DNA of 64,000 bases from Gammaproteobacteria bacterium (GCA_011321815.1 DROS01000062.1:27420-91419); one strand, 5' to 3'; shown: positions 34,898 to 43,843, numbered from the stretch's first letter. Made by a program: numbers and translations. Notes: generated from the letters alone by a model not told the origin.

Positions 34898-35728
34898 TCA
34901 TGGTGTTTTTTCGGTGTGTTGGCTGAGAGGCAAGCCGGGAACAGGCTTGTGCTCCTTACCAATCATTTCTGTATAAACAACAAATTTGAATGGATCAAGA
35001 AACTGTGCCGCACTTCTGATTCGGTCGGCTGCCTCTTCCTTCAGTTGTATAATGGCCTGGTTGGCGTCGTAGCGTTTTTCTGCGGCAATGGCGAATTGAA
35101 ATGCCAGTTCGAGATCACCACCAGCGATTTTTCTTTGCAACGCATTTTCGACATCGCTTGCAGAAAGCCCCAGATAAACATCTAAAAGCCGCCCATATTC
35201 AACAGAAGTCAGATTGTCCAATCCCATGGGTTCCTCACCTGAGGCATCTTCCTCCCAGATACCAGTCATATGATCCACAACCCGGGCAATAAGATGATCC
35301 CGTGGCGCCAGATAAGATAAATAAATATCCGGATGATCCTGAAGACCGGGTGGTATTAAATTGAGACGCACAATATCCTTAACCGAGTAACCATTGCGCA
35401 CAAGCTTCCTGGTGATATCAACCAACCATATATATGCGTCCCGGTATTTTCAGATTTGTTCAGGCCCATACAATAGGGTCAGAGGATAATGACCATGCAA
35501 TACCTGTTTTGCATTGCGCTTTATCACTTCGCCCATCGTTGTCATCGCTTCATCAATGAACCCCTCTTCAACCCAAGGCTCCCCGTAATACGGCATCAAT
35601 ATATCCCCAGTGAAGATAACATTTAGTATCGGCATAAAAACAAGCATGGCGTCTTCAGTTTCGCCACCCACTACAGGTATCAGTTCAATTGACGTTCCAT
35701 CAATTATTATTTCTGTACGTTGGTCCAC
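34898..35728 (-). pseudogene. remnant of an MBL-fold hydrolase (alkyl/aryl-sulfatase-like), split over at least two frames and lacking the N-terminal HxHxDH region
   Basis: The 92 aa fragment has the MBL C-terminal half (…FTGDILMPYYGE…LHGHYP). The contiguous 175 aa fragment in another frame resembles the sulfatase dimerisation region. No N-terminal metal-binding motif and no C-terminal SCP2-like domain. Confidence 0.4.
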
Positions 35729-35996
35729 AATGACATCCGGGCGGTAATTTTCGACCCATTCATTTTTGAAACCAGCTCCACGAAATTGCTGATGCTTTTC
35801 ATGGCTTTGTTTCCTTTAGTGTATATACACACATATATTCTCAAAAAAATACGCCGGCCAGAATCACCCCATAAAACGCCTTGTGAATGGGGTAGTTTGT
35901 GATATTTTTCATCTATACGTGTATATACACCCATAATCATAAACCACCAACCGGAATTATCCGTTGAACCATAGCGGGAACGACGGTGCTACGTCG

Positions 35997-37247
35997 TTAT
36001 TGGAGGTTGGGCAATGTGTCCCATAAGGCATCGAAGCGGTCCTGAAACGCACCGGCAACCACAGTATTATCAAGAAGTACGCTCAGTTCATGAGTGTATG
36101 CGAACGAGGTACGGGTCCAGTTGTGGCTCCCGACCACACACACTTTCCGGTCGACAACCAGCACCTTGGAGTGTAACAGCGTTTCTTTGGTATCCAGCTT
36201 AACCTGCACCGCGCCTGCCTGTAGGCGTTTAACAAGCGCCCGGTTGATTAATGCGCTTTTGTAGGGTACGCCGTCATCATCCTGATCCAGGATCACACTA
36301 ACCTCGACACCCGGGCGATTGGCGGCCGCCTCAAGCGCTTCCACAAGGGGTAATGGTGCACGCCCGGCCTCACCATCGCTCGCCGACCCCAGAAACACCA
36401 TCAGACTGACCGACGTCGTTGCCGCCTCAATCGCGGCTTTGGTGGCTTCGACATAGGCATCATTCACCAACAGAGCGCCTGTGGTTTTTTGGGTCGAGGC
36501 CAATAATTTTTGCCGGAGCTCGTGGCGGTTCAACCAACGCACTGCCTCGCTGGCCAAAGAACCGGCTGCGCCCGACACCGATACTTCTGCACGCTCAGTA
36601 ACAAATGCGATGAAGGCCGAAAAGCGTTCGTATGATCCTGCGCCAGCTGCGGGCAGACGGCGCTCAATGGCATTCGCATCACCAAAAACAAAAGACACAT
36701 CCGACGTTTCAAACAATACCAGGGCACGGGGAATGCCCGGCATCGACGCGAATGCCCACATCGCCGGCGAAACCAGGACAGCGCTAGGCTCATCCAGATA
36801 GCTCGTGTCCTGTAGCTGCTCAACACGCTCGGAACCAATGCCCCGAATCGCTCGCAGGGCCGCCAAATCACGGACCGGGGGACGCATCGCCAGACGTTGA
36901 CGGACATCGGTGGCAAGCTCGGCGCCAATGCCGGGCAGGGATTCAAGCTCTTGCTGTGTGGCGCTGCGCAAGCCTACCTGCGCGCCACTTCTTGAGGATA
37001 CGGGAAACTGATGCGCCGCCGCCATGACTAACCAGTCTTCCAGGTGAGCGACCGTCCGGGCCAAAAAATAGCGCTGAGCACGCTCGGGTTCCAACGGTAC
37101 ATCCGGAACCAGATGCGGTTCAACAAAACGGGCAAGCCTCACCAGCTGGCCGGCAAGGTCAGCCTGCTGCTGTTCAGTCCACGGCGAAGCAAGCCCGGCC
37201 GACCATTCACCAATACGCCCACGGGCGGTGACTTTATCGAGCGACAT
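35997..37247 (-). CDS. PLD-family protein: N-terminal tandem helix-hairpin-helix (ComEA-like) module plus C-terminal HKD domain
   Basis: HhH signatures LESLPGIGAELATDV and LRAIRGIGSERVEQL. C-terminal HxKx4D LHSKVLVVD…GSHNWT. Overlaps the upstream HKD gene by 14 nt in a different frame. Confidence 0.6.
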   Translation of the reverse strand: MSLDKVTARGRIGEWSAGLASPWTEQQQADLAGQLVRLARFVEPHLVPDVPLEPERAQRYFLARTVAHLEDWLVMAAAHQFPVSSRSGAQVGLRSATQQELESLPGIGAELATDVRQRLAMRPPVRDLAALRAIRGIGSERVEQLQDTSYLDEPSAVLVSPAMWAFASMPGIPRALVLFETSDVSFVFGDANAIERRLPAAGAGSYERFSAFIAFVTERAEVSVSGAAGSLASEAVRWLNRHELRQKLLASTQKTTGALLVNDAYVEATKAAIEAATTSVSLMVFLGSASDGEAGRAPLPLVEALEAAANRPGVEVSVILDQDDDGVPYKSALINRALVKRLQAGAVQVKLDTKETLLHSKVLVVDRKVCVVGSHNWTRTSFAYTHELSVLLDNTVVAGAFQDRFDALWDTLPNLQ

Positions 37248-37755
37248 TTTTTGGCAGCCCCTTTCCGTTATCCCATAGCGTCAAAAACTGCGCGGCAAGT
37301 TCATGAACCGCACTGCCGGTCAGCAAAACTGCATCTTCGATGTTTGCGGTGAACGCATCATCGGTCCAGTTCTGACTGCCCAGCACTGCTGTATCATCGA
37401 AAATGGCAAATTTCGCGTGCGATCCGTTTCGTTCTGCATCCGTCGAAAATATACGCCGCTGGGGAACACCTGCTCCTGCGAGATATAACCCGCTGGCAAG
37501 GTTTGCAACAGCAATATTTTGCGTCCGCACATGCCCTGTCATCAATACACGCACATCCACGCCACACTGCCGCCGTTCAATAAGCGCCGTGGTAAGCTCA
37601 AGAACCAAACCTTCGAGATCCTGACCGGGGCGGATGTCATAAATAAACAGCGATGCCCAGATACGTCGTTTCGCTGCCTCAACACTGGCAAGCGTGACAT
37701 CAAAATAGTCACGATCGTCAATGCGCACAGCCTGTGAATCTGTGAACGTAGTCAT
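37234..37755 (-). CDS. PLD-family single-HKD protein (first half of a split two-HKD enzyme)
   Basis: HxKx4D HAKFAIFDD…GSQNWT. The fold-start IWASLFIYD is colinear with the C-terminal HKD repeat of the downstream gene. Confidence 0.6.
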   Translation of the reverse strand: MTTFTDSQAVRIDDRDYFDVTLASVEAAKRRIWASLFIYDIRPGQDLEGLVLELTTALIERRQCGVDVRVLMTGHVRTQNIAVANLASGLYLAGAGVPQRRIFSTDAERNGSHAKFAIFDDTAVLGSQNWTDDAFTANIEDAVLLTGSAVHELAAQFLTLWDNGKGLPKNVAR

Positions 37756-38048
37756 GAAGTTCCTTCGTATTCGTCCAGCTCGGCAATTCGTCGGCGGATT
37801 TGCTCAATGCGGTTCTGAAAAACCAGATCGTTTTCCCGTGACACCGCCATCTCACGCATCAGGCGCTGCTGAAGTTTAAAACGCCGGTTCGGGTCCTGTT
37901 CGTTTCCTTCAAGCTCGATACTCATGCGAGTCATCACCATTGCGCTTGCACGGCTTGCCGCGCGATAGGCATGGTACAGGCGTTCAAGTTTCAGCGCACC
38001 GATGCGCGCCTTGACAGCTTCATCTCGGGTCATCATCCCCAGGGCCAC
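37752..38048 (-). CDS. hypothetical small helical protein (98 aa), operon member
   Basis: 4 nt ATGA overlap with the downstream HKD gene. Charged helical composition. Confidence 0.4.
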   Translation of the reverse strand: MALGMMTRDEAVKARIGALKLERLYHAYRAASRASAMVMTRMSIELEGNEQDPNRRFKLQQRLMREMAVSRENDLVFQNRIEQIRRRIAELDEYEGTS

Positions 38049-38320
38049 TCCAGTTTCACGCCGGGACCATCGTTCCAGTCCGGCGTCGCTCTCCCACCAC
38101 CGGGCAAATCAACGCCAGGCACTTCGAAATCGTCGAACAAACCGCCATCTGCGTCATCAGGCGCCGGGTCCCAAAAGTCATCCGGCAACCCCCCATCATC
38201 ATCCCAGTCGTCAAAATCATCCGGTACATCCAGATCAATATCATCATCTTTCAACCAGTCGTCATCGCACACCTCGCATTCGAGGCATTCTGAAAAACAA
38301 CCCAGGTTTGGATAAGACAT
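38033..38320 (-). CDS. hypothetical poly-acidic protein with N-terminal Cys4 cluster and DD[FW] repeats
   Basis: CFSECLECEVC followed by DDDWLKDDDIDLDVPDDFDDWDDDGGLPDDFWDPAPDDADGGLFDDFEVP. Estimated pI about 3. Confidence 0.45.
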   Translation of the reverse strand: MSYPNLGCFSECLECEVCDDDWLKDDDIDLDVPDDFDDWDDDGGLPDDFWDPAPDDADGGLFDDFEVPGVDLPGGGRATPDWNDGPGVKLEWPWG

Positions 38321-38322
38321 GG

Positions 38323-38601
38323 CTATTCGCTAAAGCCGAGTTCGGCCAGACTGGAATCCACAAACATCGTGAGTTCCTGTTGCGTGTACACCGATTGATA
38401 CAGAAGCCGCAGGCGTTTGATTTCACTCGGTGGATCATCAGGTGAAGCTTTGTTAATCGCACCCAGCGCCTCGGCCTTGATGCGGGCAAGGCTACCGCTG
38501 GCAGCAAGCCGACGCTGAATAAGCGATGCCTGTCGCGCCGCCAGCTGCCGCGACATCGGAATGGGTTGTAGGGTCAAGGTCTCTTTGAACACCAAGGGCA
38601 T
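38323..38601 (-). CDS. hypothetical small protein (92 aa), first gene of operon
   Basis: ORF with a 2 nt gap to the next gene. No motif recognised. Confidence 0.35.
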   Translation of the reverse strand: MPLVFKETLTLQPIPMSRQLAARQASLIQRRLAASGSLARIKAEALGAINKASPDDPPSEIKRLRLLYQSVYTQQELTMFVDSSLAELGFSE

Positions 38602-38919
38602 GCTCTAACTCCATGTTGCGTGTCATGACGACAATAAAAGCACTTTTCCAAAAAGTCCATACCTGACTCGTTTTTCTTTTCAATTCCCGGGACACCAAAG
38701 GTTTATTGCAGACATATACCCGTAGCGTTTGGGATTCAGGTCTCATTGCACGCCCTGTTTCCGCCATGGCCACGCTGTTGTCCTTGCCATAGAATAACGA
38801 TGGCGCGTCATGTCGCCTCGCCATGAAGAAAATATGACGCACACTTAAACTGAAATCCCAAGCGCCACAGGTAGTATAAACCCTGAAAGCCGGGTCATCC
38901 TTCAACCATAAACAAATAA

Positions 38920-38943
38920 GGCGAACCCCAAATGGGGTCCGCC
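38920..38943 (-). terminator. rho-independent terminator after nirK
   Basis: GGCGAACCCC-AAAT-GGGGTCCGCC hairpin, about 50 nt after the nirK stop, followed on the minus strand by UUAUUUGUUUAU. Confidence 0.6.
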
Positions 38944-38991
38944 TTACAAGGCTCAACCATAAAACAGCAGGTTGATAAATCAATACATTCT

Positions 38992-39948
38992 TTATTTATC
39001 CACAGCGCGCGGCAGAATGTTGTCACCCTTGCCCGCCTTGGGATCAGCATCCGGGCTGTTAATCAGCACAGTGATGGCGCCACGAAGAGCAGCACTCATG
39101 GTGTGGTCAACAATGGCATTGGCAGTATTTCTGCCTTCCGGCGATACGATATCCACAGCCACGGCTTCAGAAACTGCGACACCATAAGTGGCAATATCAT
39201 AAAGCGTATTTTTAGGGCTGCCATTGATGTAGACACGATCCCAGATACCCGCAATAGGATGTAAGGCAACAGGCTCATTGATGTTGGCATTCACAAAATA
39301 AAAGCGCACACGTTCGCCTGGCTTGGAGGCCAGGGCCAGAGAAGCAGCCGGATCATGCACGGGATCATAATGGAACATACGGCCATTGATCAAAGAGCCT
39401 TCCGAGCCTTCGTTACGCAGCATGGCTTTGTAGTTATCTGCATCAGGAAAATACTGGCCCTGAATCAACACATATTCACGATCAGGTTTCGGGAAATCCT
39501 TGGTGTAACCCTCTTTGGGGTCAACAATGATTACGCCATACATACCTCGTGCAATATGTTGCGCCATGACGCTGGCGCCACAATGGTACATCCACACGCC
39601 TGCCCGTTTGGCCTCAAACTTGAAATGCTTGGTTTGACCGGGTTTGACCGGGGCAAATTCTTCCAATACATGAACTTCTGCCGCATGGAAATCCATGGAA
39701 TGAGATTCTTTGTTGGTTTTGGGGTTAATAAGCTTGAAGTCGATAATATCGCCTTCAGTGACACGTACAGTTTTACCCGGAATCGCGCCATCAAAAGTCC
39801 AGGCCTTGTAGGTGGTGCCCTTGTTGTCGATTTGCACCGTGGTTTCTTTCGCGGTCATGGTGACATGTACCGTTTTGGCTTGTGCAATTTGCGTACCCAC
39901 CAGACCAATGGTCAATACCATGGCGCTTACGGATAGTTTGTTAAACAT
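38992..39948 (-). CDS. nirK: copper-containing nitrite reductase family protein (NirK-type two-cupredoxin-domain enzyme)
   Basis: Signal peptide. HSMDFHAA and MYHCG…H type-1/type-2 Cu ligand patterns. About 320 aa. Last gene of the MCO/cyt c/cyt c/NirK cluster. Confidence 0.7.
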   Translation of the reverse strand: MFNKLSVSAMVLTIGLVGTQIAQAKTVHVTMTAKETTVQIDNKGTTYKAWTFDGAIPGKTVRVTEGDIIDFKLINPKTNKESHSMDFHAAEVHVLEEFAPVKPGQTKHFKFEAKRAGVWMYHCGASVMAQHIARGMYGVIIVDPKEGYTKDFPKPDREYVLIQGQYFPDADNYKAMLRNEGSEGSLINGRMFHYDPVHDPAASLALASKPGERVRFYFVNANINEPVALHPIAGIWDRVYINGSPKNTLYDIATYGVAVSEAVAVDIVSPEGRNTANAIVDHTMSAALRGAITVLINSPDADPKAGKGDNILPRAVDK

Positions 39949-40082
39949 AGTTACTCTCCCTTTTTCGGTTAGAAAGCGTGGCTAAAATCAAAACCACTTT
40001 TAAAAAGCAGCATCCCGGCTAAAACACTCAATCCTCCATTAATAAAGTCACTCATGCACACTGCTGACTGTTTTATCAGTAA

Positions 40083-40433
40083 TCAGCCGCATTGGCAGAG
40101 TTTTCTCAGGTACTTGACCAGATCATGAATTTCATCATCGCTCAGGCTGTCGCCCCAGGGCGGCATCAGCACAGATTTGTCAATTGCCAACCCACCTTCT
40201 TTGATGACTTTAAAAAGATCGGCATCACTGCGCCCGCCCATGGCTTTGGCACTGGTATGATCGCGCGGTTGTACAGACATATCCTGCACATTGAGTCCCA
40301 TGCCATCACCTGACATTCCATGACATTGCCAGCAATAGTTTTTGTAATTGTCTTCCGCATCATCAGGCCATGCTGCTGTAGAAAAAATCAGTAGCATCAT
40401 AAAAAAAGCCGGGAATAATTTATTTTTTCTCAT
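40083..40433 (-). CDS. mono-heme c-type cytochrome (ncgC-like)
   Basis: Signal peptide from the internal Met MRKNKLFPAFFMMLLIFSTAAWP. Single CWQCH motif. Downstream Met ligand region. Confidence 0.6.
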   Translation of the reverse strand: MRKNKLFPAFFMMLLIFSTAAWPDDAEDNYKNYCWQCHGMSGDGMGLNVQDMSVQPRDHTSAKAMGGRSDADLFKVIKEGGLAIDKSVLMPPWGDSLSDDEIHDLVKYLRKLCQCG

Positions 40434-41109
40434 CCCAGTTCTCCTTTGCCAACGCTTGCAAATACTGCACAATTTTCTGAATATTGGGTTCTGCAACATG
40501 TTTATTGGGCATGGGTGTTTTCGGGTTCCACGCTTGTGGGCTGCTGATAAAGCTGACCAGATAATCCGCCTGATAACGTTTGGCGGCGGTGTAAACCTCC
40601 GGTCCGGAGAGACCACCGTAACCCGGCTCAATTTCGTGACAGGCCATACAGCCATTAAATTTGTCGAACACCATTTCACCGAAACTGACGGAAATACTGC
40701 CTCCCTTAAAAGCAGCGGCACCCATCATCTCCGCAGGCGCCTTGAGCTTCATCAAAGCCTCGGCAACATCCTCCGCTTTATCCGATGACAAGACTGGATG
40801 CGGTGTCAATGTTGCGGCATCAATCATGTCGCGTTTTTTACCTGGCTTGATGTGCTGAATATAGTGATAACCGGCAGGCCGGATGCGGCGTGGTTTAACC
40901 AACCATTTTTCCAGCCATTCACGATTGTATTTGGAACCGGCATAAAACAAATCAGGGCCTTTACGCTGCCATAATGCCTGCACACTTTGTGCGGCAGGAC
41001 CGCTGAGGTCATGACAATTCGCACAGCGTTTTTGCAGTATGGCCATGCCATCATCCGCCAGGGTTGCGCTGGCAAAAGTGAAACCAAGAAACAAAAGAAG
41101 ATATTTCAT
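40420..41109 (-). CDS. di-heme c-type cytochrome (ncgB-like, c4-like)
   Basis: Signal peptide. Two CxxCH motifs (CANCH, CMACH). Confidence 0.7.
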   Translation of the reverse strand: MKYLLLFLGFTFASATLADDGMAILQKRCANCHDLSGPAAQSVQALWQRKGPDLFYAGSKYNREWLEKWLVKPRRIRPAGYHYIQHIKPGKKRDMIDAATLTPHPVLSSDKAEDVAEALMKLKAPAEMMGAAAFKGGSISVSFGEMVFDKFNGCMACHEIEPGYGGLSGPEVYTAAKRYQADYLVSFISSPQAWNPKTPMPNKHVAEPNIQKIVQYLQALAKENWDEKK

Positions 41110-41118
41110 ATTATCCCC

Positions 41119-42201
41119 CTAGTCCCGATGCCGACGCCGTTCGCGGGTGAGAGGTGTGCCTTTGAAACGTGGGTTCTCGATCAGGCCATAACCTTTTTTC
41201 ATGGCTTCGCTGAAGAAGAAGTCCGGGTCATAGTCGATGTCTTTCCACACATACCAATCGTCCATGGGTGTGCCCTCGTATTCCATTACGGTAATGGGAC
41301 CTCCGGGAAATTTACCTCGCGCAGTCACATGCTTGTCCACATGGTCATGGAAGATAAAACGACCTTCATCGTGATTGGCTTTGATGATGACGTCATAACG
41401 CTCGCCAGGGCCGATGAGCACGGTATCGACAGAATAGGGATTGGACAGTGGCAGACCGTCTTTATGGGTAACGAGCATGTCGTGACCATGTGAATGCATG
41501 GCATGAATCGCACCGCCGGCACCCACAAAACGTACCCTCACCACATCCCCCGTTTTAAAGCGTATGGGCTGGGTCAGTGGAAAGGATTTGGCATTGACGG
41601 AAAAATAATCCTCAACATCATACGGAGTGGAGCCTTGACCGAATTTGTCAGCATTTTTACTCTCCCAGGTGGAAAGCATCATGATCACGTCTTTGGTCAC
41701 ACGTTTTTCGATCGGCAGCGGATTTTTGGGATCAACGATCAGCGGGCCCCACATACCGCGAATACCGACATGCTCGTTGACGTTGACATGACAGTGATAC
41801 CAAAGGCTGCCGATGCGGTCGGCCTTGAATTTATAAGTGTAAGTGTCACCGGGTTTGATCGGCTGCTGGGTGACACCGGGCACACCATCACTGCGCCAGC
41901 TTCCGGTCTGTAACACCCCATGCCAATGGATCGTGTGGGACAGTGTGGTGTTGTTGGTGACGTGGATAACCACATCATCACCTTCCTGAACATGGATCAG
42001 TGGGCCAGGTACCTGACCGTTAAAAGCAAAGACTTTGTATTTCAGATCAGGGGCTACATCAATCACCATCTCGTCAATGGACATGGACATCTCACGTTTG
42101 GCCGCTTGGACGAAGCTGCCAAACCCCAACGCAAAACTCACCAAAAGCAGGCAAATTGTCTGTCGGATTTTGCGTGGGCTCTTGAATCTCAAATCGCTCA
42201 T
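41119..42201 (-). CDS. two-domain multicopper oxidase (ncgA-like)
   Basis: HWHG, HCH, HAMHSHGHD and HDH copper-binding motifs. Signal peptide. A GGAGGGAG RBS precedes the MSDLRF start. Confidence 0.75.
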   Translation of the reverse strand: MSDLRFKSPRKIRQTICLLLVSFALGFGSFVQAAKREMSMSIDEMVIDVAPDLKYKVFAFNGQVPGPLIHVQEGDDVVIHVTNNTTLSHTIHWHGVLQTGSWRSDGVPGVTQQPIKPGDTYTYKFKADRIGSLWYHCHVNVNEHVGIRGMWGPLIVDPKNPLPIEKRVTKDVIMMLSTWESKNADKFGQGSTPYDVEDYFSVNAKSFPLTQPIRFKTGDVVRVRFVGAGGAIHAMHSHGHDMLVTHKDGLPLSNPYSVDTVLIGPGERYDVIIKANHDEGRFIFHDHVDKHVTARGKFPGGPITVMEYEGTPMDDWYVWKDIDYDPDFFFSEAMKKGYGLIENPRFKGTPLTRERRRHRD

Positions 42202-42253
42202 GGGTACTCCCTCCAAAATCAAATACCGTGTATATCCATCAACTTTCTCATAA

Positions 42254-42274
42254 ACATGTAGAACGAATACATTT
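42254..42274. promoter_or_regulatory. candidate operator palindrome upstream of the MCO-cytc-cytc-nirK operon (possible Rrf2/NsrR-type or other dimeric regulator site)
   Basis: ACATGTA-GAACGAA-TACATTT: a perfect ATGTA/TACAT inverted repeat with 7 bp spacer, about 55 nt upstream of the start codon in an AT-rich divergent promoter region shared with moaB. Confidence 0.3.
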
Positions 42275-42538
42275 TTAGATAATCAACAACCATTTGTCAA
42301 GCATGGATTTTTCATATATTTTTGGATTTCATCTAAGCAATTAATATAAATAGAAAATATCTTATAATTTGACATTTGCGATGGAGAATTCATATCCGCT
42401 ATCCACGCCCAAAAAGCGGATTGACGGCTTCCACCCCCTCGCCTTTCACAAATTCCCCGGCTGCGGATACAGCCGGTATAATCCCCTTGCACACAATGCC
42501 TTTGGCAAACGAATCCATTACTGAATGAGCAAAAATCA

Positions 42539-43069
42539 ATGAGCCTCTCGAAAAAACAACACGACTTTATCCCCCTCAACATTGCCATCCTCACCGTGTC
42601 TGACACTCGCACAGAAGCCGAAGACACCTCAGGCAAAGTGCTGGTCAGCCGGCTGGAGGAGGCGGGTCACCAACTGGCTGAAAAGAGCATAACCCCCGAC
42701 GATATTTATCAAATCCGCGCTGTTGTTTCGCGTTGGATCGCCGACCCTGAAATTCACGTCATAATCAGCACCGGCGGCACTGGTGTTACTGGCCGTGATG
42801 GTACGCCGGAAGCATTCCAGCCTCTGCTGGACAAAGAGATTGAAGGTTTTGGTGAGATGTTCCGGATGATTTCTTTTGGGGAGATTAAAACATCGGCATT
42901 GCAATCCCGCGCCCTGGCGGGAGTCAGCAATGGCACCTATCTGTTCTGCCTGCCCGGTTCTTCCGGCGCCTGCAAAACCGGCTGGGACAACATCATCAGG
43001 GATCAACTGGATCACCGCACCGTGCCCTGCAACCTGGCCATGTTGATTCCCCGATTGAAAGAATGCTGA
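42539..43069 (+). CDS. moaB: molybdenum cofactor biosynthesis protein B (MoaB/MogA family)
   Basis: …ISTGGTGVTGRDGTPEA… and GxSxG-free MogA-like fold signature. 176 aa. Confidence 0.75.
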   Translation: MSLSKKQHDFIPLNIAILTVSDTRTEAEDTSGKVLVSRLEEAGHQLAEKSITPDDIYQIRAVVSRWIADPEIHVIISTGGTGVTGRDGTPEAFQPLLDKEIEGFGEMFRMISFGEIKTSALQSRALAGVSNGTYLFCLPGSSGACKTGWDNIIRDQLDHRTVPCNLAMLIPRLKEC

Positions 43070-43072
43070 AAA

Positions 43073-43690
43073 ATGGGATTGGTTTCAATCGAAGTGGTTT
43101 TCTATGTTTTAGAGGCCATCACTGCGCTGGGCCTGATTGCTGTTATTGTTTTTTTCTGGAAACAATCACGCAAAAGCAAACACCAGCGCCATACCCGTAA
43201 AGTAGTGGAATCCCTGGGGGTGAAATATTTACACGATGTCGTTTTGCCGGATGGTATCGACGGACTGGTATTTATCGACTACTTGTTGTTAGTCCCTGAT
43301 GGATTTGTGGTACTGGGCACACAACACAATGCAGGCCATTTATTTGGCGGCGAAACAGTTGATCAGTGGTCGCAGGTTAGTAACAATAAAACCTATAAAT
43401 TCAACAACCCGCTGTATGACAATCAAAGCGCCTGTCAGGCAGTGCGGTGGAATTTGCAACACGCCGACAATCCATCGGCCAATACACACTGGCAGGTACA
43501 GGGCTGGGTGACGTTTTCCAATGCGGGAAATTTTCCCAAGGGCATTCCAGCACAAGTCAGCATGATTGATGAGCTGAAAAGTAATCTGGCGCCAGTGATC
43601 AAGAACAACAATATTGATGAAAATCTACAAAAGGCATGGGATGCCTTACACGATCTTTCCATCAGCACCCGGGCGGCAAATAAACACTAA
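43073..43690 (+). CDS. NERD (nuclease-related domain) membrane-anchored protein
   Basis: N-terminal TM helix. Core GIDGLVFIDYLLLVPDGFVVLGTQHNAGHLFGGETVDQW typical of the NERD family. Confidence 0.55.
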   Translation: MGLVSIEVVFYVLEAITALGLIAVIVFFWKQSRKSKHQRHTRKVVESLGVKYLHDVVLPDGIDGLVFIDYLLLVPDGFVVLGTQHNAGHLFGGETVDQWSQVSNNKTYKFNNPLYDNQSACQAVRWNLQHADNPSANTHWQVQGWVTFSNAGNFPKGIPAQVSMIDELKSNLAPVIKNNNIDENLQKAWDALHDLSISTRAANKH

Positions 43691-43843
43691 AGCGGGTTTT
43701 TGCTGAAAAGCAGGGAAAGTGCTTTGCCGGTATGTGGTGTTAACACATCAGTTGAACCTGTTGCGAACACCGATGGCGCAGAATCTAAAAGCCATTTTGA
43801 AAAAATGTTTCCTTCTGGGTATTTCGATGCCGTATTCCGGGGT

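Noticed and set aside
38492-38983. 163 aa minus-strand ORF between the PLD operon and nirK
   Set aside because: Overlaps the first operon gene and the nirK terminator. Translation is non-protein-like (W/C/R rich). More likely a promoter/terminator region.
42223-42538. Molybdenum-cofactor riboswitch upstream of moaB
   Set aside because: Could not recognise the conserved Moco-RNA core by eye. The region looks like a plain AT-rich divergent promoter.
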